From NCBI GenBank assembly GCA_000934665.2, contig KZ539000.1, positions 1-36,913 on the forward strand: DNA of 36,913 nucleotides, written 5' to 3'. Shown piece after piece: positions 21,991-35,000 of the stretch. Numbering within the stretch: the first letter of the stretch is position 1; each line of letters begins with the position of its first letter. The notes under the pieces were generated by a model. That model was not told the DNA's origin. It did not search any database and saw only the letters and a program-made list of their open reading frames with translations. The position numbers were made by a program, and so were the translations under genes. The stretch comes from Catajapyx aquilonaris (taxonomy: Eukaryota).

Positions 21991-23450
21991 AGAGGCATAA
22001 TTGGGTATGAATTTAATATGGATGACGTTGTCAACTTAAAACCCACCCTTTTCCCTGGGTAAATATTTACGCGCCGTGCACACAACTGCAACTGTTTTCT
22101 AGCTGACACCTAATTTTCCCGCGATTCGCCCCCCCCCCCCCNCCCCCCCCCAAAAAAAAAAAAAACCGGGCCTTTAAAAAAAAAACTCCATTTTCGCCCT
22201 TCCAGTCCATCCACATGACTGACAAGTCCAATTCCCAATCGACGAAGCCTGTGCATCCCACCGGCAAAATTTCTGCACTAATTAACACTTGGAGGCGCCA
22301 CCTCCCTTTCCCCTTCCACTTCAAAATGGTAAACTCAGATTAATTGCTCAGGTCATTAGCCGTCTGAGTTGCTTCCAACACTTTAAACGCAGCTCTGGAA
22401 TTCAAATTGAACCACCCTCTGAACACATTACTCAAGATTTTGGAAATTTGCTCAACTTGAGTGGAAGACACTGCATGCAATGTATATTATCCTAATGAGG
22501 ATTACACTCCGGTTCCAACTGAATAAAAAATTACTGGAACCAGGTTGGCGGAACGGCTCGCAATCGCTATTATGTCAACTAAGCCTGGTGGGTCACAACC
22601 CCCCGAAATTCGTGCCCCTGGGTCCAAATTAACCAGTAAGTATCTCCCATTAGCAGGTGAAAAACGGTCCCTAGTCGGATGGGTGAGGATTAATAATGAT
22701 GGGTATGTGATGGGGCGTTTTTCGTAAAAACCGGAAACCAGACCTTGGCCCGGCTTGATGCCAATTACGTAACCCACTGCTGGAAGGGGGACAACACAAC
22801 AAGTACGTAATGGTCGGGGTGTATAAATACCTTTGTTGGAACGCGGGACTGGAAAAAGCAGAGGCTATAAAGCCCGGGTTCTTTAACGACGCGGGGGGTT
22901 GTAATATGTGCTAATTACATGCCGGATGAGCAAGTGAAAAGCGTTTCGGTTGAGTGACAGGATGGGGTTTTTTTGGAGGCTATCGTGTGCATGGAGCTAT
23001 CGACGATTATCTGGAGATAACTTCAAAATGAGGATACAGACATTAAAATGTAAAAGCTCAATAGCCAATAGGAACCATGTGAGCAACATGGCTGCCATCA
23101 CATATAAATTTCGCAAAGAAATGTCCATACACACTGAATTTCACAGAAAGCAATTTTAATGGAAATAACAAAAGTCGAAGTTGCATCATTGTAAGGTGAA
23201 CATTTAATGCGACTATATTGACAATTAATTTTAATGTAGTACTACACACAAAATATTTAAAAAATAATTTGCAGATATCAAGTGCACATTCCAGAAGTAT
23301 GGCCAACAAATCACGTCACTCTTGGCTTCACCGAAGCATTTCCTTGCCAGCTTACAGTATACCCACAAAATATTACATCACAATCTTTCATGCAACATTC
23401 CACACATTTAAAAAACACCTAAAATTAATATTTTTTAAAAAATATGCTAC

Positions 23451-23498
23451 TTACACTCTCATGGTATGACCTGGTTACACTCTCATGGTATGACCTGG
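23451..23498 (+). repeat. 24-bp tandem duplication
   Basis: TTACACTCTCATGGTATGACCTGG occurs twice in tandem. Confidence 0.9.
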
Positions 23499-24411
23499 GC
23501 ACTCCAGGAGGCATCCGGTAAAAAGGTGGCCTTTCAAAACTGGTCATAATTGCTCTCTTTAAAAATATTACAAATCTGGAATAATAATAATGAAAGCCCT
23601 GTAAACAGACACTTAAGTCTCGAGATATCTCACGTCCTTCCTTCCTTCGCCCAAATCTCGGTCTCCACTCTTAGGCCCAGGATAAAGGGGGGTGGGGGTG
23701 GGTTTGGTTAGGACCCGCCCTCACAAAACGTCACCTAGCCAGCTAAACCCACAGGTCTAAAAATTGCCCCCTCCATCTCCAGCTAATTCGGCATCAACAA
23801 GCGAACGAAAAACTATAGGCTTTTTTCCATATAGAGTTTATGATGGCAATCATAGCACTACCCCCTGACATTTTTTTAGGAGGGAGGTTTGGAGACCCGC
23901 GCGATTTTTGCGTCACATGCTTTCAAGGTTTTGACACGCTGAAAATTTCTGCGGCGAATGCAAGCGTCATGTGGTGGATTCAATCAGTTTTTTATTGGGT
24001 ACCGCTAAAAAACTGTGCAGGGGGGGGGGACGTGGAAANGGGGGGGGGATGTGGAAAGGGGGGACAAAAATCCAATGTTGGGGGGAAAGGGGGGTAGGGG
24101 GCTTTACAAAACGCATCAAAACTTCACTCTTCATAGCGGATATAACCAGCAGTTGTCATAATTCCATTGTCAAGGCAAAGCTAATTAAGCGTGACTGAGG
24201 CCCCCCACCAGCAGCCGGATTTTTGGGTATTATTTTGACATCAGCTAACTAAGTACGGGGATACCCGCACAGTATGGCGCGGTCGTCGCCATATGGTGCT
24301 TGCCTGTCTGACTTATGTGACTAGACTTATGGGCGACCCTAAATGTGTAGAAACATTGAAAAATTCAACTATTGTGATTAGCACCATTTTAACAAAAAAA
24401 TTGCATAAGTA

Positions 24412-24601
24412 CACTATAAACCGCAAATCATTATAACAGTATCACTAGTGAGTCTACCATGGAGCATCGATTTTCAATGCTCTACTAATGCTCTTTGTGA
24501 TGCTTTTTGTTGCTAAAAAGCATTACATGAGCATTGGAAATTGATGCTCCATGGGAGACTCAGTGTAGTAATGCTATTTTAATGGTTTGCTATTTACAGT
24601 G
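24412..24601. mobile_element. MITE, same family as 14224-14521
   Basis: TA|CACTATAAACCGCAAATCATT...AATGGTTTGCTATTTACAGTG; largely palindromic and shares ATTGATGCTCCATG.GAGAC with the other copy. Confidence 0.8.
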
Positions 24602-24688
24602 ATCTAACAGCCTTTAGTGCCGACGCACTACAATGTAACAGCGACCCTTTACAGTGGTTACAACAAGAAGAGGAAAGGGGGATATCTT

Positions 24689-24694
24689 TTTATT
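24689..24694 (-). promoter_or_regulatory. Probable MICU1 polyadenylation signal
   Basis: AATAAA on the - strand about 170 nt after the stop, followed by pyrimidine/GT-rich sequence. Confidence 0.45.
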
Positions 24695-24864
24695 CGCAAC
24701 ATGGGGTTAGTTTTCCTTGGTCTAAAGCCAGCACTTCCATGTGCCCATTTTGTGTTTCTCGATAAAAAGGCGAATAGCAAAACATCCCTACAAAGTAGGC
24801 CGCACAAACACGCAGGAAAAGATCTGCCTTAGCAAACAAATCGGCGCTAATATATTTCAATCGC

Positions 24865-25019
24865 TTATATGTCAAGCAGGACTGGTTTGGTCTCCTTGGC
24901 GCACTTCAGGACTGATTGAATCAACTTGACAAATCCTGTGTCTTTAGGCTTTTCCAATCCTCGCATCAGCCTGTTCTTCATGACAGCCACAAACTCCTTG
25001 TTGCTCAACTGGCCATCCA
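24865..25019 (-). CDS. MICU1: MICU1 last coding exon
   Basis: attccag acceptor, phase 1. Encodes (L)[61 protein letters not shown] is characteristic of MICU1. Confidence 0.93.
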
Positions 25020-25104
25020 CTGGAATACAATAATAGTTAATCAAATCCAATTATAATAGAGCAAATTCATGATAGTAAAAAACTAATCCAGAAGCAGTAC
25101 TTAC

Positions 25105-25194
25105 AGTTCTCATCAAATATAGTGAACACAACGTCTATCACGTGGTCGCTCAGTTCCACGTGGGCCACAGTCTTGGCCACGTGCTTCAGAGTGG
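25105..25194 (-). CDS. MICU1: MICU1 exon (start of C-terminal EF-hand)
   Basis: tttacag acceptor. Encodes (A)TLKHVAKTVAHVELSDHVIDVVFTIFDEN. Donor GTAAGT. Spliced loop reads [12 protein letters not shown]. Confidence 0.93.
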
Positions 25195-26512
25195 CTGTAA
25201 AGTGTAAACGTAACTGGCATGATACGCTTTATCCTTTTTTGCCCTTGCCCAGTTCCAAATTAGCGCTTGCCAGATGGGCGGTTTTGAATGCAATATAATT
25301 TAGGACACCCCCCCCCCTCCCGCCGCATCATAAAATCTAATTTTGGGCCTTATGCGAGCATTCGTCTGATATAATGGGGGCTATTAACAAATCGGAGATT
25401 AGATCTGGGTTAGTGTAGCGTTATATTAGCTCGCCATTTTTACCCCCCACCCCCCGTTCAAGTGCTGAAAAATTCAAATTCCTAACAATATTGAGAACGC
25501 ATCGTTTCCAGTAAAAAAAAAAATCATTTAGCGCGTGTGGGCTGGCGATAGAAAAAAAATATTAGAAAATCCCACGCTCAATTTAATTTAGTAATGGGGA
25601 TTTCAGCGAGCGCCATGTAACGAAATTTATTGTGACCTGCGACATTGGCTGGAAAATACTAGGGTAGATTGAAAACATGACCATTTGGCTCCTTTCCGAC
25701 CCCACCAAACGATGATAACGGCATTATGGCACGTACAGGCCATGCCCAGCCTCATTCGTAAAAAGGAGGGCCGCAAATAAGCCTAATTGCAATCATGGGA
25801 AGCTTACACCAATTTCATGGGGATGGACTACGTAACAATATACATTTCCTATTTATATAACCCTGTGTAGGCTATACAAGGGATACTTTTCATTTATGGC
25901 TACTACCCAGCATAACACTAATCACGTTCATTAAATGTCAGTTTTAGTGAACAATATGTGACTAGAAAAATTGTGCCATCTACCATTGCTATAAAAATAA
26001 AGATAAAAATAACTTCAGGACCTTGGCGCCTTCTGTGGCCATTTGAAACATGAAAAAGCAGCACTATGACCCCAGCAATATCTCATAGCTTTGAAGCACA
26101 AGCTTTCACATTTTTCTACTGTAGTACACACCATCAAGCACCATTCTCCCAATCGTTCTGAACCACAAAAATTGTGCGTCTTACACATTTCCAATATACT
26201 AAATTGTATCCAGGATATGTATATTTTTAACAGATTTCGCAAATTGGCAATGAATTTATCAGCCATGTACAAGTTCCTTTTTATGATCAAGGCACAGCTT
26301 ACACTACACTTTTTAAGCAAGCAAAATGGATCAATTCACCTCTCAGTATTTATGTCCCATCGGTATCGAAAAGCTCTCCATTTCATGTCACCTACTTCAA
26401 ATGCCAAAACCCTTCAAAGTGACGCCCTTGTGGCCCTCCCACCGAAGCGAGACATATCATTACAAATATGCAAGCCAGTAATATACTCTAATCTCTAATG
26501 GATGTCCTTTAC

Positions 26513-26640
26513 CTTGATCGATAGAGGCACCCGCAATATGGTAAAAGGTCAACGCAGTGTCCACATCGCTGATGTTGTTCAGAAAGTGAAAGAACTTGAG
26601 GTAGTCGTTCTCACTGATGCCTTGACTCAGTTCCTTGAAC
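26513..26640 (-). CDS. MICU1: MICU1 exon
   Basis: caatag acceptor. Encodes FKELSQGISENDYLKFFHFLNNISDVDTALTFYHIAGASIDQ. Donor GTAAAG. Confidence 0.93.
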
Positions 26641-26739
26641 CTATTGACCCCAAAAAAAGAGCAACCCTTATCGACTGGTTTCAAACATATTTTTCCACAC
26701 CCCCTAGCACCAGCCTTCTTGAAGAAAAAAAAACCTTAC

Positions 26740-26864
26740 CGTTTCTTGACTCGCTTCAACATACGGCTCTTCTTCTTCTGAGGATATCCCGCATAAGCCA
26801 ACAATAGCTCGGCAAAGTCCGCTTCGGAGATGTTGCCCTTATCGTCCGGCTCTTTCCTCCGGAA
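26740..26864 (-). CDS. MICU1: MICU1 exon
   Basis: ctttcag acceptor. Encodes FRRKEPDDKGNISEADFAELLLAYAGYPQKKKSRMLKRVKK(R). Donor GTAAGG. Confidence 0.92.
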
Positions 26865-27030
26865 CTGAAAGGTGTGCAAGTTATGGACCCTATTGATCTC
26901 AGGGCGCCATCATTGAAGGGGGTCTCGTGGGAATAAAAGACGGTAAAGAAGACAGAGAAAAGAAGGGGGCAGCCAGCAAAAGAAGTCGAGAGAAAAAAAG
27001 AAAATTCTAAGAGTTCGAACTTCCATCTAC

Positions 27031-27147
27031 CTCCAAACTCAGGATTTCACGCTGCAACTGATGTTGAAACTCGAGGAACTTTTCGATCGTTAGTTTCTGG
27101 TCGCGATTCTGACCGAAGAAGAAGCAGTTCAGGGCGGAGTTCACACC
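27031..27147 (-). CDS. MICU1: MICU1 exon
   Basis: ttcttgaag acceptor. Encodes GVNSALNCFFFGQNRDQKLTIEKFLEFQHQLQREILSLE. Donor GTAGAT. Confidence 0.92.
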
Positions 27148-27764
27148 CTTCAAGAAGAAAAGGCGATTAGATGTTGTGTCCGTCGCATCAGCTGGGAGGC
27201 ATCTTCACGACTAAAAGTTGGTCCAATATGGGCTCACCACTCGGACCACAAAAGACAGGGCAATTTCAACGAAGAGCTTGCGGGGCATTGTACGTTTGCA
27301 CACAAACATTTCCAGTAAAAAGAAATGTGCACTGGGTGATTCAGAAGTGTTGAGCACTACTGGGAGTGCTGAAACTTGGCACACTGATGCCGGGATTCCA
27401 GGAAAAGTCCGAATACCGCACTTTTTTGACTCTAAATGACAAAAATTTAGCAAACATTTACCGTGGAAACAGGCTGTGCAAAGAACGGGCTCCGCTGCTA
27501 GTTCGATATATTAAAACGCCCCCGTCATGTCGTGCCGCTATAAATTTTGGAATGAAGCAACATGAGCCATCTGCTGATTTCTTTCCCAACTTCTTGCACA
27601 AAACAGAACGTTACAAGGGTGTTATGCAATAATATGTCAACCCACAAAAATGTCAAAATTGAATGAATATAATTTATACCCAAAGGATCATTCAGGCAGT
27701 TAAAATCAATCTGGCGAAATCTGCATACTTCTGCCATAAATGGCCGAGAAGGACACTGAATTAA

Positions 27765-28263
27765 AGGGACACTCCACTAAAAATGCAAGTTGGGCTCTAA
27801 AAATTGGGCAAAAAATCACGATTCCGAGGGTATAAGCAGTTTTTCTGAGAGATGACCGGTAAGCCCAGGGGGAGACGTCAAAATTCGGCAATTCGTATCT
27901 GCCGCAAAACAGCAGCGCCTCCACCGGGACTTGGCAGAAATTGACCAGAGGTCGCGCCAGGGTAGAGCCATCTTTGGTCCACGCCATCTTTGGTCCGTGC
28001 CACAGCTTCATCCGGCCACCTCCCGACCCGACCCGACTTACGACACGTCACCAGTTTCGCCTAGTGCCCGGTGGCGGCGCGCGTGGCGGCGGCGGACTGG
28101 ACTGGAGGGGCACCTCACTAGCAGACGACGCAAACTCTGAGATTTTTAACGCCTCGTCCTGGATTTTCCGTTCCGCGTAGAAAAAAAACCGATTGCACCT
28201 TCGGAATCTGGATTTTTTGCCCGATTTTTAGAGCCCAACTTGCATTTTGAGTGAAGTGTCCCT
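27765..28263. mobile_element. TTAA-flanked non-autonomous DNA transposon (Kolobok/T2-like) in MICU1 intron
   Basis: TTAA|AGGGACACTCCACTAAAAATGCAAGTTGGGCTCTAAAAATTGGGCAAAAAATC...GATTTTTTGCCCGATTTTTAGAGCCCAACTTGCATTTTGAGTGAAGTGTCCCT|TTAA. TIR similarity extends beyond 100 bp; GC-rich centre. Confidence 0.85.
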
Positions 28264-28357
28264 TTAATTTCAAAGCCCCTTTTCTCATGTGGGTTGACTC
28301 CTTATTGCATAAAACCGTCCATTTATCACTACTAGTAGTCACTATGAAACCACTTGC

Positions 28358-28518
28358 CTTAAAGGTATTTCCAGTGTTGGCATGATCCCTGTGCCTGGAT
28401 CCAATGCTGGTCTGGTGCCGGATCAAGGTGGCCACTTTGTCGAACTCCTCCGAGTCCACGTCCCCATCGCCATTCAGGTCAAACATCCGGAAGGCGATCT
28501 CAAAGTGTCGTCTGGACG
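28358..28518 (-). CDS. MICU1: MICU1 exon with first EF-hand (most 5' exon found; gene 5'-partial)
   Basis: tttgtcag acceptor. Encodes SRRHFEIAFRMFDLNGDGDVDSEEFDKVATLIRHQTSIGSRHRDHANTGNTFK. Donor is AAG|GCAAGT. Confidence 0.93.
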
Positions 28519-31318
28519 CTGACAAACGGGACAACAAACGACATGAGTCCCGGCCGCTTGATTTAGAGCAGAACACACTACACACAACTATGACATCTAA
28601 AAAGGCCACTTCTCTGTTTACGACCTTTGGCCCTACCCCTCCCTCTTTTTTTATGGTCACTTGTGCGGAACGACTCTTTATGGAAAACGTCACACCAAAA
28701 GAAGAAGAAAAAAAATACTAAAGGAGGAAGACTCGTCTCCGCCATTTCCCAGCCCCATCTGTAATAGTCTTATCTGTGCCAAACAACGACCACAACTTTA
28801 TCACCCCTAGAGCTCGGGGGACTGGGGCTGGGGTGCTGATTCTTTTCACTTTGTCGAAAAAAATGAGAGAAGTGAAAAAAAAGAAGTTATAGCTCCAGGT
28901 TTTTGCATCTTTCAATTTGTGAGGGTGGAATTGGCGAAGTTTCCAAAAGTTCTGGAGGGTTCAAAAAAAAAAACTAGGAACTACTGACACCTGATTTAAG
29001 ATAAAAATTCCCGATTGGAAATGGGAAATGAACCAATTGGATCAGTTAATTTCAATTTAACTTAAAGATTTCGTTAATGCAATTTCATTGGCTGCCATTA
29101 TGTGGAAGGTGTTACGCAATTTGAAATTAATTCGGTGTCTTTTTTATGGCAGAAGTATGTAGATCCAGCTTGATTGTAACTGATCTTTTCATATGTTCCT
29201 GGGCCGGTGACATCTTTGTGGGTTGATACATTATTGCATAACAACATCCATGTAACATCACTTTAAATTGATCAGCCACTATTTAAAATAGTCACTTTGA
29301 GTTTGAATGATTTCAAAGCAAAAAAATTTTTTCTCCCAATTACATACCCACGCGAACATTCCCCAAGCTCCACTCAATATATCATATACACATGTTGAAA
29401 GGAAAGTAAGGGCTTTAATGAATCCTCCCTAACGTAACGTCGCATTTCCTTTGAAGGCCCCCCTACCGCTCATTCGAGATATGAAAGTTGGCCCTCAGTA
29501 CAGTCCCTGTCATACTGCGCTCACCGCAATAACAGCTTAGCGCACGCTACATTTTCTACTTCAGAACACCCCGTGCAAAATTCAGGCTGCCACCGGGTAC
29601 AATCAAAGTCTGGCATAAATTTTACCCATCCAACCTGCTGCATGGTCGCAATTCAAATTGACAAAACAAAAAGTTGGCACGCACGAAGCTTTTAATTATT
29701 AACTCGATTGTTTTATACCACCGGGTGTTACACAATGCACGCTTGTTTCGATTGCTGGTAGCCACGCAATCTAAATTATGAACACACTTTTTTTTTTGCA
29801 ATGTATGTAATAAAATGGTTGGACCCACCTTTTTAAATTTCCGCATCTTACTTAATGTCTGGAGTTAACTAAAACCGCGCGTCTGGGTCGATACTTTGCA
29901 CGAGTAGTTTATACCGTCAGACCAGGTCCAAAGACGGGAGTTTCTGGGCGTCGAAATTAATATTTCATAGTGTTTGACTACTCGCCACGTGACTGTACCT
30001 GGTGCTGTACTATGTATGCAAAGCCCCCTCGCTGTAATCTGGGTGTAATCTCCCATGTGGAGTTGGGGAATAAACTAGAGTTATTGATGTAAAGGGGGGA
30101 TGTGGTGTTGGGAGTTGGGGGATAGTATACCTGGGTCATGTTCTGTTGTGTCAAACGTTACCACAACAATGCAAGGCCGTCGATTGATCCGAAATCATGT
30201 TACACCTGACCGACATCCAAAGAGGAAAAATCCGGAATCAGCTACAATAGCCTGTAATATTTGCTAATAATTCAACCGTAATAATTTTGATATACAAAAA
30301 TAATGCACCCACATTATTTTAGTGCATCCTGCCACACTCGAAATGCAAAACCCACTAAATGTGTTACGATGATGTAATGTGTTTAACCATTTGACATATA
30401 CAGTGAACTGCCCAAGTCAAACACTGCAGCAGGGAATAAGTTTATAATACATTCATAGAGAGGCTGATTGTTGATTCCAAAGGGAACTTGCATCGTTATA
30501 GTGCAATAATAATTAGTTGGTTTGAGTCCCAAACGCATTGAGTAAGTGTAAGCCGTTCATTATCCGTTCCTCATGAATTGTTAAGAGAAAAATTGACAGA
30601 GCCACGCAACACGTGCAACTGAAACATATATACGGAAATTATAGTTTACCATTCGCAACGACGCAGTACGCAACACTATATACGGCGCCAAACTTCTTGC
30701 GAAACATAAACACATCCTTTGACATATGCCGCGTATGAATCGCGCCTCATTAACTGCCCAACTGCGCTAGGAATTAAGGATCATTTACTATATGGTATAG
30801 CCAAAATATACTATTGACTGGCTGTACAAACACGTAGTTTTTCACAGACTGGTATGAAGCAGTATGTCAAACACACAACGTAGACTACAGTAGTTTCTCA
30901 ACGTCACATAGCGAGTATTTTGGGGTTGACGTGTCGACGGTGCGACGTCTACAAAGCGGCAGGCTAATGCTTTGAGAGAAATTTCGCTTGGTGTACCTCA
31001 AAGCACGCAAACTGCGCCAATCCTGTGCAGCTGTATGTGTGCGGTCATCCGCGTCCATGCCAATAACGACATTATACGACATAGTGTCCAGCTCAACTTC
31101 TAACCTTATTGTCCTAAAAAAAAAAAGTGAAAAAGGCTGTTGTGTATATGGCCCGCGTAAGAAGAGAAGCTACACACATCAACGGCACACAAAGTCCAAA
31201 AAATAGAGATAATCAAATTTGCTTACATGCTAGTGATGACAGAAAATTCTGTCTTGCTGGCTCATTACAAGGCCTAATATATAGCAACAAAAGCGCCATT
31301 TACAGGTGTAACTAACTA

Positions 31319-32095
31319 CACTGCAATTCATGTACCGATTCCGGTGTTATTTTGTACTAAACAAAAATACTGTCTACAGTCCTGATTTGTAGACAGCCCA
31401 TCGTTCAGATGTACTGACATGAAAATGGTACATACAAGTGGTACGATGTACTGGCTCATGTACCGACCTGGAGGTACTGGACATATCCCCAGTCCCTAAA
31501 TGTTTTTTTCCGGCATTGGCGGCGCTGGCGTTACCTGACAACTAATTAAACATTTAGGGACTGCTAATATAATTATGTCTAGCACTGTACCGTCTACGAA
31601 TACTCACTTGTAAACGGTTTTTGACTTGAAAATGGTACACCACGATCGAGTCACTCTGCAGTCAGTACATCGTGACTAGATCGTGATGTACTATATCGGG
31701 TTCAAATACTTTTTGCCACTTTATCCTGGTCTTGAAGTAACCCTTCACACACCCACACCTCCTTAACGTGGGGTCTGTGCGAAGGGTTGCTTCAAAATCA
31801 GGATAAAGTGGCCAAAAGTATTTGAACCTAATAGTACTATCGGGTTTAATTAGGTACAGTAGAAACATCAACCTTGGCCCCCAAAGCTAATGCTAGACAT
31901 GACCACACACACCTCCTCACTGTCGGGCCTGTGCGAAGGGTTGCTTCAAGGCCAGGATAAAGTGGCCCGAACTAATTGTACCCGATAGTACCATTTTCAA
32001 GTCAGTACATCTAAACAATGGGTGTCTATACAAGTCAATACTGTCGACGGTACTTGTTGATCAAAAAATACCACCTCACTACATGATTTACAGTG
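31319..32095. mobile_element. Foldback-like element with ~110-bp imperfect TIRs and nested internal palindromes
   Basis: TA|CACTGCAATTCATGTA...AGATGTACTGACATGAAAATGGTAC versus GTACCATTTTCAAGTCAGTACATCT...TACATGATTTACAGTG|TA. Internal inverted repeats at 31490-31563 and about 31690-31838. Confidence 0.8.
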
Positions 32096-35000
32096 TATAA
32101 CTCGAACTTCGTGGACCTGTAGTAACTTGGGACGCACTATACCCTGTACCCAAAATTGCCTTCCTTACAACACCATGCTTCCAAAAATTTACTTTTACTT
32201 CAATAACCGTAAACGTGATAGGTTGTTAGGACAGCATGTGGAGAAAGCAAGGAAATTGGGGACCCCCTCCCTTCATTTCTTGAGGAGTTCTCGTTAAGAA
32301 AGGAGCTAGGAGGAGGCTTTCGTGTCTGAAGAGGAACTTGAAAACTACTGACGGGATTGCTCAGCACCCAATCACCAATCGCGATACACTCCCAGGCTCC
32401 ATTCCGCGGTGTAATCAACTCTGTGAGGAAAAATCTAAGCTCCAAGAACGTACTTTCCTTTTTTTCTCTTCAAAGGCCCCTCCAAAAAATTGGTTGTGAG
32501 AAAAGCTAGTGAAGGAACGAGGGGCACGACCTGGATCCTCTATCATCCGCATATTGGCATGACCCAGAATGGCTGTAATTTACCACATGACTATCAACAA
32601 CATACATCAGGCCAGTACCTAGACCTCCAACTATATAGGGAGCTCGGGAAAACTCACGCGACGATCGATCGCGAAAAACCCCCCCTCTATTTAGAAGAAG
32701 CCTCATATTAAGCCTAACAATCGAAGCTATGGATTTATGCACTTGTTTTTTTATATATATAAAAAAGTCCAGCAATTCCCATTGGTCTAAATAATCTGTG
32801 TGTGACAGTCAGTGCGGAAAAGTAGGGAGTTGGTGTGTGAAATGTAGAAGTGATAATGGCATTAAGGCAGGTTTATACTTCGGTGACTGGGGAGGACCTA
32901 AATATAAGGCGGTCTGGAGGGATATTTATGGGCGTTGGTAGCGTCGGTTGTTGGATTTTCAAGCAGATGCGTTCGGATTTTATGAGGGGATGGAACGGAA
33001 CGGGAGTGACAAGAAGAGCGGTGATTGGATGCAGCGAAGCGTCGATTGATCGGATTGGTCAGGCAGCTGTTTATCCAAATAAATCAACGGAAAATTGCAA
33101 CAACTTTGAACCGTGATGGTGAAGTTTCAAAAAAAAAAAAGTGACTACCGGCGAGTTGAAGCGAACGGAAAAAGGCGGACTGAAAATCAACAACTTTGAA
33201 AACCTCACAGTTAACATAAGTTTTAATGGTAAGTTGGCAGCCTTGCATTTCGTAGCATGGAGCCAAGTGGAACAAACCATCGCGTGTTAGTTCCTCACTA
33301 CCTTATTGGTCGACGCTATTACTCACAGGAACGAGGCTAGTCCAGGCAGTCATTTGGTGGGGAACCTGGGAAAAGGCTCCAACAGCCTGGAGCCCACAGC
33401 TGCCAACTTAATTCCACTTACATTAACCTAGCTTTCCAAGCCTTACTAATTTGCACTATTTTCACCTAACATAACCTGTCCCCAATTAAAGCACTGTTTT
33501 GCATATTATGCGACAAATCTTGCTGGCAGCCCGTGGGCTACATGGCCACATTTTGGGTTTACCCCTGTCATCAAGTTGTCCAAGAGTTTTAAAAAAAGGA
33601 CCGGACAGAGCTTGACCACTTAAGTGAAGTGGTCATTTCGTCATTCATGAAGCGTTTCAAGGGAATTGAGCCCACAAATTTTCACCCTAATTTAATTAGC
33701 AGTTATTTTATATTTTAAAGCTTGTGACGTCAGAGCGCATATGTCTGATTGGTTAACACCATTATTCAATCAGGCTGTAATTTGCCAGTAACGTTTCGAA
33801 TGAGAAACCTAATCCGACATAGTTAAATTAATTACATTCTAATTAAACCAGACAAGAGGCGTGTATCCTGGCCGTGTAGGACACCTTCGAAACACCCTCG
33901 CTCAAATGTGTGCATATAGGACAGGATATATAATCCAGCCGAAAGGCACAAACTAGAGCTCAACCTATCTCCCGATATGCGCTGGAGCTCTCCATTAAAT
34001 TTGCACCTGTTTCAAAATTAATAGCTTCTCGTGAAAGTCATGAGCCGATAGTTACGGCAGAGCTTTTGGAGCTTGCTAATCCAACGAGTTTCCAGTGCAG
34101 GAGGGAAAAGGTGCTAATCAGGTTGAGGTTCGATTAAATATTACTAGCGGGGAAATTCCTAACTCAAAATCCTAACTACTATACGCCACACCAGGCAATG
34201 AAAAAACATGATGAAGCAACAAGCTTTTTGTAGTGGAGCCAGAGACTTCATGGGTTCATACGGGTGTCGTTGTGCCGATGTCGCGCGGTCGTGCGACCGA
34301 GGCTCAAATCACGAGGACGTCAACATGCCTTTAATGCGAATGTGGGAATGTAATTTTATACACTTACCACATTACATCATTACTTCTCAAAAGGTCATGC
34401 ATAAACTACGTACATCCCGGGTACATCACGAGGTCGTTGCATAACACTAATCACAGTCAAACTGACGTAAATTATTGTTGGGATGCGCGGTCATAATTGT
34501 GAACCACGCGTCACTCCATGTGAATATTTCAGAATGCTGTCCGCCGCTGAATATTACAACATGTCCACGTGCCCTATCGCATCGCTCGATGGTCATACAC
34601 TGTGCAAGAAGCGAGTGCATTAAATGATATTTTCCAACTGGAGCGAACAAAAACTGGTGATAAACCCTTAGTCAAAACAAGTGTGCCTCAGGTGCATGAG
34701 CGTCTCATTCGGACGGCCCCAACTTTGTCTATTCGAAACGCAAAGGGTTCCTTGTGATATATGAACCTCTGAGAACCAGCTATAGAAGCGATATCGCCCA
34801 AAAGCTAACGAAAGTTGAGATATAATTGAGATGTTCTGATTGCTTCAACGCACATCAGGTGCGATATACCGGAATATTTCAAAATTACTTTCAGAGTCGC
34901 ACGTGCATGATGTGTACAGTGTACATGGCAATGAGGCACGCACATGCGTCACGTGCCTCTGAATATAATCACAGTCATAAATGTAAATTATGAGCAATGC

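Noticed and set aside
22505..22822. Possible TA-flanked element (TACACTCCG...CGGGGTGTA)
   Set aside because: The terminal match is only about 9 bp with a mismatch; too weak.
79..28518. Functional cluster of two mitochondrial genes flanking a muscle gene
   Set aside because: Adjacency of three genes in an animal genome is not evidence of co-regulation without synteny or expression data.
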